NCBI GenBank assembly: GCA_964035575.1
Contig: OZ037847.1
Span: 1,302,001-1,366,000, forward strand
Direction: 5' to 3'
DNA from: Rhynchopus sp. YZ270_cl-10
Lineage: Eukaryota
Length of the DNA stretch: 64,000 nt
Position numbers and translations under genes: made by a program
The notes under the pieces: generated by a model
Databases searched by the model: none
Told to the model about the DNA's origin: nothing
The model's input: the letters and a program-made list of their open reading frames with translations, nothing else
Shown: positions 11,317 through 21,387 of the stretch, in pieces
Position numbering within the stretch: the first letter of the stretch is position 1
How the letters are laid out: each line of letters begins with the position of its first letter

Positions 11317-12465
11317 ATGGCCACCAAACGCCAGGCAACCCTAACAGAGATGTTCGGGCGGGCACCTAAGCGGGCGTGCCTTTCTGCCCCAAAGCCCTGC
11401 CCTCTGGACACTTCTCGCACTACCAACACAACCCTTGATATGTACGACCGTGCCCCGACACCGAGAGGGCCTCCTTCGATTTCTAACTCTGCTTCATCCA
11501 GCCCCACCTCACGACCATCCTCTGCGGTGAAGGTGCCTTCTGTACCGCTAGAACGGAGCGCAGCGGATGAGGAGATGGACGCGGTGATACGGTCTTTGAC
11601 GATGGAGGTGGAGGAAGGGGAGCGGAGAGTAGCGAGGATTGACACGAAAACAGCAATGCGGGAGGAGGAGGAGGAAAGGCAAGGAGAAGAATCTGCCAAC
11701 ATCCCAGATATTGCCCCAAACGTTGTTTCACCCCCAGTAAAGACAGAGACAACAGTGAAATCGGCTCCAAAAAGGGTGGTCCAACTGAAGCTCGATCTTG
11801 GTCAGAAGAAAGGAGGCAGCATCACCTGCCCCAAATGCAAAATGACCTACGCCCCTGCAACCTCCGACGACAAACTCCATCAAAAATTCTGCTCCTCAAA
11901 GCGTGCGAAGCTCATCCACGGCTGGGGTGTAGTCTGCTGTGCCGGCGACATCTCTCAAGCCCACCTTGGCAAAAAGTCTGGAGGAGACCCATGGTGGGGG
12001 GACGAAGACATCTTGGAACAACCTCTGCTTGGTCCTTTGATTGTACGGTGTGGGCCATACTCTTCTGCACTGTTTAAGGAGAACTTTACTGTGGCTGTAG
12101 CGCATTTTGCGAGGAGGGAAATATCCTTGGAGCATACAACTGCCGTATTCGCAGTAGATCCGCAGACCTACCAACTGCTTTCTGTGGTGTTCTTTGAGAC
12201 ATTTACCCGCCAACAGCGTGCACAATATGAAAGCAACGGTGTCGTGCCTCTCATCGGCGTTACATGTGCACTAAACGGCTCCAGCAACACCGGAGGTATC
12301 TCCTCTGAGTTCACCCCTCGCGAGCTGATCTTCGAAATTCTCTCCGCCCTCACAACCCACGCCGTCCACGGCTACACAATGACCAGAAGCCAAATGTTAA
12401 TTCGTGAAGACGTAGGACACAAAGCGATCTTCACCGACCCCTCCAAGATGAGGAGTTACGCCTAA
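11317..12465 (+). CDS. Eco1/ESCO-like cohesion factor (PIP-like motif, C2H2 zinc finger, divergent acetyltransferase region)
   Basis: QLKLDLGQK...CPKCKMTY...DDKLHQKFC matches the Eco1 zinc-finger region; C-terminal HAVHGYTMTRSQ...IFTDPS resembles the Eco1 tail; N-terminal QATLTEMF PIP-like box. Confidence 0.75.
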   Translation: MATKRQATLTEMFGRAPKRACLSAPKPCPLDTSRTTNTTLDMYDRAPTPRGPPSISNSASSSPTSRPSSAVKVPSVPLERSAADEEMDAVIRSLTMEVEEGERRVARIDTKTAMREEEEERQGEESANIPDIAPNVVSPPVKTETTVKSAPKRVVQLKLDLGQKKGGSITCPKCKMTYAPATSDDKLHQKFCSSKRAKLIHGWGVVCCAGDISQAHLGKKSGGDPWWGDEDILEQPLLGPLIVRCGPYSSALFKENFTVAVAHFARREISLEHTTAVFAVDPQTYQLLSVVFFETFTRQQRAQYESNGVVPLIGVTCALNGSSNTGGISSEFTPRELIFEILSALTTHAVHGYTMTRSQMLIREDVGHKAIFTDPSKMRSYA

Positions 12466-12873
12466 AATCTTTTTTTTTTAAAAAAGGAAAATGCAGAGGG
12501 GAAAATTGCCTTTTTGAGGCGATAATCTTTCCTGTTGTATTCTGTATTTTTCTTTTTGGTATTGATAAATACCATTGTTTTGTCTATATTTTGTCTACCA
12601 AATTGTTTTCTGTATTTCAAAAAAAAAAAGGATGTTTTCTTTCCCCTCATTTTCCTCCACTTTCCACCTTATTTTTTGGGTTTCGCATTTCAAACCCATT
12701 TTATTATTCCAGCTGACATCGTACGTAGGTCAGTCGGAGGTGCTTGCATTGTATTGATAACTTCACTTTTATGTTTTACACACACACACACTCTCTCTCA
12801 CTCTCACTCTCTCTTTCTCTCAGACGATAATAAACACGATGCGCATAACATGACACGTCATGATACACAAAAG

Positions 12874-13593
12874 ATGACTATTTTCGAGCAATTCAATCCT
12901 CGGCGGATGTGGGCGGAGATCCGTTTGCAGCCTTTTGTACTGGTTGCGACTGTGGTGTGTGTGTGGCTGTTGATTTCCCTTTCCTTTGTTGCGGAGGGTT
13001 TGGCTGTGTCGTCTGAATTGGAGGATTGGACGGAAGGGGCGAATTGCTCTTTGCTGAGCTCAGAGCATGCGACGGAATGCCAAGATGGGCCTGGGGCTGG
13101 GGGTGTGGGGTATGTGTACAGCGCAATGATCATAGGCTGTGATGAGGTTGTCCGCTCCTCCGCCATATGTGGGGAGGAAACGCTGGCAGGGCGGGAGTGG
13201 TTTGTCGGGGATGTTGAGTCGATGCCTGGGGTGGTGGTGCCGGCCCAGCAGGACGTCTACTTCCCTTGCTATGTCAAGGAGTGCACGGCGTTTGAGTTCC
13301 CCGCAGTACACCGTTCGAAGGAGCGTGGTGCGTCGGCAACGTACTATACAGGAATTATCATAGTCAGTCCGTTCTGTGTTCTCGTCGTCATGCTGCTCCC
13401 CTTTGCGATAATAAGCTGTTTCAGCAACACACCTTCCGAAGGCTACGATAGTACCGACTCTCTCGAAACGCCTCTTGCGCATGCAACGTACACACAAAGG
13501 GACCTGGATCAAGCAAAATGGCGGTCCAGTGCAAGAAATTCAATACACGTTGCGGCAACACGGATGCGTGCAGATACCCGCATGCGGTCGTGA
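12874..13593 (+). CDS. Hypothetical two-TM protein with Cys-rich loop
   Basis: Two hydrophobic helices flanking a six-Cys loop; coding-like composition; alternative ATG at 12850. Confidence 0.7.
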   Translation: MTIFEQFNPRRMWAEIRLQPFVLVATVVCVWLLISLSFVAEGLAVSSELEDWTEGANCSLLSSEHATECQDGPGAGGVGYVYSAMIIGCDEVVRSSAICGEETLAGREWFVGDVESMPGVVVPAQQDVYFPCYVKECTAFEFPAVHRSKERGASATYYTGIIIVSPFCVLVVMLLPFAIISCFSNTPSEGYDSTDSLETPLAHATYTQRDLDQAKWRSSARNSIHVAATRMRADTRMRS

Positions 13594-14174
13594 ATTGACC
13601 ATAAAAGTGAAAATTAGAGGGGAAAGGGGAGGGGGGTGATGGATGGTGCCCTATTGTGGGATTTGCCCATGTGGTTTATGGGCGTCGTGATATATGTGCT
13701 CGGAGGAGGTGGGGGAGGGAGGGGGGTATGTGGTTGTGTGGGTTTTGGGGGGGGAAAGATGTGTGCGTATTGGTATTGCATTTTCATCGTTTCAAAAAAA
13801 AGTTTCTGTTCTGGTTTTATTTTGTGCTATTCTTATTTTTGTGTAGTTGAACAAAAAAACTTGAACATAAATCGTATTCCTTTTACATGAATCTCCATTG
13901 GAATACTACCAAGTGGTGTGCATATACCCTGCAGGTGGTCGAAGCTGTCGTCAATGCAATTGTTCTCTTGCTTAAGTGCTTGCAAGCATAATACAAGTCT
14001 CTATCCTTCACCATTTCCACGCTGCTGTGCCTCCCAGTGCAACTCCAATGTCCAGCAGTTTGTTCGGTTCTGCCTTACTACCTTTGTTGTTCCCCGTCCA
14101 CCCAAAACGACACTAAACACTCAGCATTACACTTTTTTACCACCAAAACTACATCACAAAAAAAAATAAAAAAA

Positions 14175-14984
14175 ATGGCCACCGAACACACCCCGCTCAA
14201 CGGAAAGAGGCTTTCCCGCCGCCACTCCAGCCGCAGAAGCATCCAGTTTGTTGACGACCACATTGACATGGATGGGTCCTTCAAGGCCGCAGTGTTCGGG
14301 TTCAACGACGGACTGAGCGCAAACACCTGCCTGATGATCGGAATGGGCTCCGGTGGAATGAACCCTGCCTCCGTGATTGCCTCGGGACTTGTGGGTCTGA
14401 TCGCAGGCGCAGCAAGCATGGGTGCAGGTGAGTGGATCTCCACAACACTGAACAACTCATACGAGAAGAACGAGATCGAACGTGAGGCCGACCACCTCCG
14501 CCACCATGAGGAGATGGAGGACAGGAACCTTGCGGAGAAGCTGCGTGAGGAGTACGGCTTTTCGCAGGAGACAATCAACCATGTTTTCAAGGACATGTCG
14601 ACGGGTAACAAAGAAAAGGACTTTGACATGAAGCTTCGCCTGAACGTGAAGATGGAGATGGGTCTTGACGTGGACGACGAGAGAGGCAACGCGATGAAGG
14701 CGATGACGTTCATGATGACGGCGTTTGCCCTTGGTGCGGCTGTGCCTCTGTTCCCTTGGTTGCCCATGTGGTTCCCGGGAGCGCACCTGGCGATGTGGCT
14801 GTCTGTGCTGTGCTCGCTGATTGCTTCGATTGTGGTGGGTATGCGTCTTGCGCAGGAAACCGGTGAGCCTATGATCGCGACGGCCGCGAGACAGGTGTGG
14901 GCTGCGACTGTTGCGATTGTTTCCGTGTGGGGTCTGGGTGCTCTCTTCCAAATGGTGACCGGTGTTGCTGCCCCTGCAGCATAA
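14175..14984 (+). CDS. VIT1/CCC1 family iron/manganese transporter, copy 1
   Basis: AAVFGFNDGLSAN, GLIAGAASMGAGEWIS, Glu-rich cytosolic segment, three C-terminal TM helices. Confidence 0.92.
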   Translation: MATEHTPLNGKRLSRRHSSRRSIQFVDDHIDMDGSFKAAVFGFNDGLSANTCLMIGMGSGGMNPASVIASGLVGLIAGAASMGAGEWISTTLNNSYEKNEIEREADHLRHHEEMEDRNLAEKLREEYGFSQETINHVFKDMSTGNKEKDFDMKLRLNVKMEMGLDVDDERGNAMKAMTFMMTAFALGAAVPLFPWLPMWFPGAHLAMWLSVLCSLIASIVVGMRLAQETGEPMIATAARQVWAATVAIVSVWGLGALFQMVTGVAAPAA

Positions 14985-15752
14985 ACAGACACCTCACTCC
15001 AAAAAGGAAGGAGACCCCAACCAAAGTGTGACCGTGTTCTGTGTTGTTTGCAAGCTGATGTTATTGATTTTTCTAGTTATTTTTCTGCACTCAAGGTGTC
15101 AACGCTTTTTTTTTTTCTATTATTTGCTTTGTTTTTTTCCCGGGAGTGAAGCGGTGGCAAAAGCGTTCTGCAGTGGGCAATGCGAGGATCTGATACACAT
15201 AAGGCTTTGTCGCCGTACTAAGTAACTATCCTTTCGCCCCCCCGCTTTTCCACTGCGCACTGCTTTATTTTTTTTTTAGTTCTTTTTGTTTTCTGTATTC
15301 CCGCTCCCGCGAAGTCATCGCCGGATCTAACAAGTTCCACATGGTTTGTCTTCTTGGATGTGTCGTACGTGCGGCACATTCATATTTGTTCAAGTTTTCT
15401 TTATGTTACCCGTTTCAACCTGTGTGTGTGAGCACTGCAAGTTTGTGTGCCTCGTGTGCCGATTCTTCAAACGTAGTGTTTGTGCGGGCTTTTGGGGGCG
15501 GTGCGAGGTTATCCGCGAAAACACAAAAGCGCGTGCAATATTAGCGATGCGAAAATAACGAAAACCGAAGACGACCGAACCCAAGGCCCAATTGCTTTGG
15601 ACTCAAAAGGGAAACGACAAAAAACGTTGGACAAAGTAAAATGTGTAAAAAAGAGAACACACAACTTTTTTCTTGCTCAGCGCCACCTCACTTTATTTGC
15701 AACATCTGTATCAGTTATCACCAACTAAAAAAAACAAAAAAAACACACAAAA

Positions 15753-16565
15753 ATGGCCACCGAACTCACCCCGCTCAACGGAAAGAAGCTTTCCCGCCGC
15801 CACTCCAGCCGCAGAAGCATCCAGTTTGTTGACGACCACATTGACATGGATGGGTCCTTCAAGGCCGCAGTGTTCGGGTTCAACGACGGACTGAGCGCAA
15901 ACACCTGCCTGATGATCGGAATGGGATCGGCAAGTGGCATGACTCCATCCTCTGTGATTGCCTCGGGACTTGTGGGTCTGATCGCAGGAGCAGCAAGCAT
16001 GGGTGCAGGTGAGTGGATCTCCACAACACTGAACAACTCATACGAGAAGAACGAGATCGAACGTGAGGCCGACCACCTCCGCCACCATGAGGAGATGGAG
16101 GACAGGAACCTTGCGGAGAAGCTGCGTGAGGAGTACGGCTTTTCGCAGGACACCATTAACTCTGTTTTCAAGGACATGTCGACGGGCAACAAAGAACAGG
16201 ACTTTGACATGAAGCTTCGCCTGAACGTGAAGATGGAGATGGGTCTTGACGTGGACGACGAGAGAGGCAACGCGATGAAGGCGATGACGTTCATGATGAC
16301 GGCGTTTGCCCTTGGTGCGGCTGTGCCTCTGTTCCCTTGGTTGCCCATGTGGTTCCCTGGGTCCCACCTGGCGATGTGGCTGTCTGTGCTGTGCTCGCTG
16401 ATTGCTTCGATTGCTGTGGGTGCACGCCTTGCACAGGCCACTGGTGAGCCTATGATCAACACTGCGCTTAGACAGGTGTGGGCTGCGACTGTTGCGATTG
16501 TTTCCGTGTGGGGTCTGGGTGAGTTGTTCCAAATCCTGACCGGCATTTCTGCCCCTGCAGCATAG
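15753..16565 (+). CDS. VIT1/CCC1 family iron/manganese transporter, copy 2
   Basis: Near-identical tandem paralog of 14175-14984 with the same motifs. Confidence 0.92.
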   Translation: MATELTPLNGKKLSRRHSSRRSIQFVDDHIDMDGSFKAAVFGFNDGLSANTCLMIGMGSASGMTPSSVIASGLVGLIAGAASMGAGEWISTTLNNSYEKNEIEREADHLRHHEEMEDRNLAEKLREEYGFSQDTINSVFKDMSTGNKEQDFDMKLRLNVKMEMGLDVDDERGNAMKAMTFMMTAFALGAAVPLFPWLPMWFPGSHLAMWLSVLCSLIASIAVGARLAQATGEPMINTALRQVWAATVAIVSVWGLGELFQILTGISAPAA

Positions 16566-17956
16566 TAAAGAACCTACCTGAAACGAACAAAAGAATCAAC
16601 CCACTGCTCTTTAACCGAGAGCAAGAGGGCCTCAACGTTTTATGAACACTATATTATTTTACACCACCCCCTATATAATAACCATGTTTGTCAAACCGAT
16701 CCCATTGTTCACAAGACTTTCAATGTCGCATAAAACAAAAGGATCGCGTAGACAGGTAAAAAGAAAATGGGGGAGGTTTTTTTTATTTAGATGACTAAGC
16801 ACTGCGAGACTTAGTATATCATCTCTCCACCAATGATATTTTTTTTTTTTGGGAAAAGCGCGTTTTTTTGGAATACTGTCTACTACCCCCGTAGTCTACC
16901 CTCATATTGTTTTTTTTTTTTGTCATCTTTGTGTTATGTTTTGCTGTGCTTTTTTTCGCACAGAAAGAGAGTGTTGGACACTGTTCTGAGTGGGAATTTG
17001 GAACAATGTGCTTGTCTAGGGTCTGCGACGCGTATTCAGATTTCAAAATTTATTTTCAAAGATATTTCGAGTGATTCAGTTCAGGGGATAGGGGAGCTAC
17101 ACACCCCATTTGACGATGAGAGGCGTGTGTGTACTATTGTTTTTTGAACAACCCCAATCGTTTTTTTTTCCTCTTCGTTCACATCTGCTGGAGCGTGAAC
17201 CATTGCGAGGTGATTACCCGAACAATATCTGTACAACGTCAACCCCATGCAGATGATATTTTTTTTGCGCAAGAGACCGCCCTTTTTATTTTCGCGCCAC
17301 CCCACTTTGATTGTTTATTGATTTCTCAAATTTTCTCTCTTTTTTTTTTTGTCATCGTTTTTCAGCTTCAGTCCTTTTTCCTTGCGTCCCCCTCAGTGGG
17401 AAGCAACGGTACATTGCACAACACGTTATGTTTTTTTTTACTTGGTTCTCCCTTTTTTCTTCTTTTTTTGATGCTCTCTTTTGAGGTGTTTAATCGCACT
17501 TTTTTGTTCTCTTTCACTTAGATAGAGCATTGTTGGTTAGGATCATCTTCACCTAGGTGTTTGTGCACGAGAGGCGCATTCATCTTGCAAGCTTTCTTTT
17601 TTTCTTTTTTCTGCACCTCTCTCGAAGTCGGGAGAGGCAGGAGGACAATTTCTTTTTTCTTCTTCTTTTTTTTTTTTTTTTTTGACCAGCAAAAAATATG
17701 GCACTCTCCTCCCTCTTCTCACCACAATCACCCCACCGCAACACAACACAACAGATTTTTCGCTGTACAACAACGCCTCACCGTCTCAAAAAAACACCCT
17801 TCAAACACACAGCATTTTTTTTTTTTCCACTGTTCACTCAAAATAACTTCCATCCCGCCCAACCCCTCCCAAATAGGCAAACGACACAAAAACAACAACC
17901 TATATTTTTTCTCTCGCATCGTGGAATAACAGCTCTAAGCCTGACGTAAAAATAAA

Positions 17957-18244
17957 ATGAGGTTTGTTTGGGTGATGATAGTGTTGATTGTGTTGGCAGT
18001 GGTGACGGAGTGTTACGTTGCTGCACCTGAACCGACTGCGACAGAGCGTCTGAGCAAAGGCGTCCGCTTTTCACTGAAGAAGCGCGCGCGGGAACACAAC
18101 GTGAACCAGTTTTTCAACTGCACAAAATACACACGTGACCACAGCGAGCGGGCGGAAGAGCTACGCAAGGCAGATTGGGAGATTTCTCTGCAATGGGTTA
18201 TGTCGACTTTGGCAGGGCTTTTCGCTCCTTCGTCTGCGTCATAA
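17957..18244 (+). CDS. Small hypothetical secreted/membrane protein (95 aa)
   Basis: Signal-peptide-like N-terminus MRFVWVMIVLIVLAVVTEC; GC-richer than flanks; A-rich start context. Confidence 0.6.
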   Translation: MRFVWVMIVLIVLAVVTECYVAAPEPTATERLSKGVRFSLKKRAREHNVNQFFNCTKYTRDHSERAEELRKADWEISLQWVMSTLAGLFAPSSAS

Positions 18245-20841
18245 TGGGGCTCTGTGGGGGTCACTGCGGGGTGTGTTTAACTAATATGGGGTAATTCTTG
18301 CGCAGAATATGACCCCAATGTGGGGATGTATGTATTATTCTATGTTTTTCGCAAGAAAAGCAAAAAAAAAAATTGTACAACTAGTGGGGGTCGGTATAAA
18401 AAAAGCAGAGCGAAAACAGCGCATCCATCGGGATGACACTTAAATGCAACGTAACGGGGCTGGGGGGGTTTTGGGGGGGCTTTTTGTTCGAAGGTGAAGA
18501 GAAGTGCTCATTGTTGGCCAGCTTTTTATCTCTTTGCTTTTTTAAAGGGAAAATGGCGATAACACATTTTTTTGTTTGCGATAACACGAAAAGTTGACTT
18601 GAAATACAGCAACCTGCTCTTGACAGTGTACCAAAAAAAATGTTTCATTAGTGCACCCAAAAAGTATACGTGTTGTCGCAATTTCCCCTATTTTTTTTTA
18701 ACGCGGAAACGATTTCAGGATTGGGCGTTGTGTCCCCTGGTCTAATGGTGTTTTGTGTTTATGATGCATTTGTTTTGTTGCCATATTACCAACCTTTCTC
18801 TGTAACCCAAATGAAGCCCTATTTGATTATTCTATAATCTATGAGACAATCGGTGCCTGCATCCAGAGGCCTATGTCTGACTGTATCTCCTTAGGATGAG
18901 AATGGGTGGCGGGTGGGGCGGGAACAGAGACGAAACCAGAGGCCTGAGGGGTAGATGGCCGAATTCCCTCATCTGCTTCCATACAGGCGGTTTTCATTTG
19001 GATCGTGGTCGGAGGGGTGTTTGCATCAACCATTCTTTTGTTCCCTTTGTAAAAAAAAAAGGCTCAGCATGCGAGACTCGAGCAAAAGCCCGCTTGAGGA
19101 AACAAGGTCTAAACGTATCTCTTTGTTGGAGTTACCTGTGCATGACTATCAAAAAGAGCAAAGTGGCGCAGTGTTTTCCCGCATGGTTCAAATTTTTTTT
19201 TCAAAAAAAGCGTGTGTGCAGGAGAGTGGTTCAGCATACAACAGTTTTCGTTCTTTAGGTACATTGTCTGGGGCCGGGGCCAAGCAATAATTTATTCGAG
19301 TGAAATATGAACCATTTTATTTCACGCATGAAAAAATGGCTCTCAAATACGTTATTTCCCAGCGAAGCGAGGGAAATAAGAGTTACGAGGGTGCCTTTTT
19401 TTTGTGGCAAGAAAATGTTCTTATTTCCTCAAATATGTAATTTTATGTGACAAGTGAAAAACGTATTTGCACCGCGTCATATAAAATATATAGAAAACCT
19501 CTTCAGCTTTCTAGTGAGGTGGTCTGCAACCTAGAGGGTTTGTTATAAGACATGTAATTGTAAGGTAAGGCAACGAAGCACGGTGAGGCAACATTGATCT
19601 GACATTTTTTTTGTTCTGTGCGACATTTTTTTCTTTCCGACGCCTATTTTCTCAAAAAAAAGATTATCTTTCCACGTTTATTAAAGATGTCTGAAGTCAT
19701 TCATCTTACGTTTTTCCTTCTCTCTTTAATGGCAAATCATGAGAGATCATCTTACAAAAAAATCCCCCCCTTTTTTAAAAAAAAAAACTTTATCAATTAC
19801 GCTTTGTAAGCAGCTGCCTACCTCGCAACATTTCGAGGTTCAGCAACACCACTGAGGCGTCTGCGCCTTGTTAACTTCCCTTAAGATGATAGTGGGTGGG
19901 GGACACGTATCCATCTCTCTAGTGCCTTTAGACTTCCTCCCTTCAACAGTCTCTTTTTGATGTGCATGCACGCGAAGCATATTCATTGAATTTTTCTTTT
20001 TTCTTTTGGTAAAAATGGAGCGTTTCCCCGTTGGTTGTTCGCTTTTTTGATAAACTCCCTTGGTTTGCAAGGACATCTTAGTGACTGAGAAAGAGGATGC
20101 ATCGTAATCTCACACCCTTCCTCTCTTACTCCACGTCTACACCACAAATCCAACATAAACAGAGCACACCGCATTTTCAAACCAAACAACAACATTTTTC
20201 AAACTCCTCTGGTTTGCAATAACACCCCCGTCTACGCTCTGGGCGCCTTTGTGTCCGCATCAGGCAAAGCCAGGTGTCCTTTTCTGTGGTCATATTTCTG
20301 TCATAGGTTCATCCCCAAAGAGATGAAGCCAAATGGGTTGTTAAGCCACCTTGTGGGTATCTTAAGGTGGGGGTTTTGTTTTGTGTGTGTTAGACAATAA
20401 TTGATACACCGAACGGCTTGTGGTGAATAAAAAAATGAGGGAAGCTAATGAAGTGCAGCATGCGTTATCAAAACTTCTTTCTTTATTATTCGATGTTTAT
20501 TTCGGGCAAGCAGTGGGGTGTTTTGCTTAGTTTTTTAATCTTGTCTTTTTTTCTTTGACAAGACATTTACTCTCAATCCTGCAAAAGGGATTTTTGCACC
20601 GGTATATATCACTTCTCCCCCGCCTTTTGTGTATTGATAGCGTGTTGTGTCGAGAACGAATGCTGCAATGAATTTCTCACAAAAAGAAAAGAAAAGAAGA
20701 GAAAAAAAAGGCTACTTCCACGAAAAGCAAATTTGTTTGTGGGGGTGGTCAACAAAAAAAGGGGGAATTTTTGTAGATGTGTGTGCACGAGAGGCACTGC
20801 CATCTTTCAAGTTTTTCATTTTCTTTGGACAAACCTGGACC

Positions 20842-21387
20842 GTTACTGGGGGGGAGCTATTAAAGTATACGTATACTTTATTCGGCGGGAATTACTGCTT
20901 AAATGGCCAAAAAAACGAAAAAGGAAAAAAAAAAAAAAATCGCTGTTATTTTGGGGTTTCTAGTGGCCGAAACCTCGCGAAAACACCACCATTGACATTT
21001 TTGGGCCAATCCCAGCCAGTGGTGGGGTCAATGTGGAAAAATGAACAATTTTTTGGTGATTTAAATTTTCACAAATCTGAACCCCATCAGCACCAATCGT
21101 GTAAAAACTGATACACGCGTTTTAGGTCAAAAATACTCGTTTCTCAGCTCAAAGTGACCCCATCACAGCATGCACAGAATCCGGACCACCGAAATCAAAA
21201 ATTTTTTTTTTCGATTTTTTGTGCAAAAATTGTCGTAAAATTTTTTTAGTAAGAAAAATGTACACAAAAACCGTATACTTTATTTCACAGATTTCCACGC
21301 TCAAAATGGGTTTCCGCGCCGTATACTTTATTACCCCCGTATACTTTATTAGCACCGTATACTTTAATAGCCCCCCCCCCCAGTAAC
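20842..21387. mobile_element. MITE with about 30-bp TIRs
   Basis: GTTACTGGGGGGGAGCTATTAAAGTATACG versus CGTATACTTTAATAGCCCC...CAGTAAC; subterminal CGTATACTTTA repeats; imperfect 8-bp flanks CCTGGACC/CCTGGGCT. Confidence 0.75.

Noticed and set aside
14078..16546. Minus-strand 304- and 273-aa ORFs
   Set aside because: Antisense to the VIT1 genes
17563..17584. ACGAGAGG as an rRNA sarcin-ricin loop fragment
   Set aside because: No surrounding rRNA sequence; the motif recurs with variable stems
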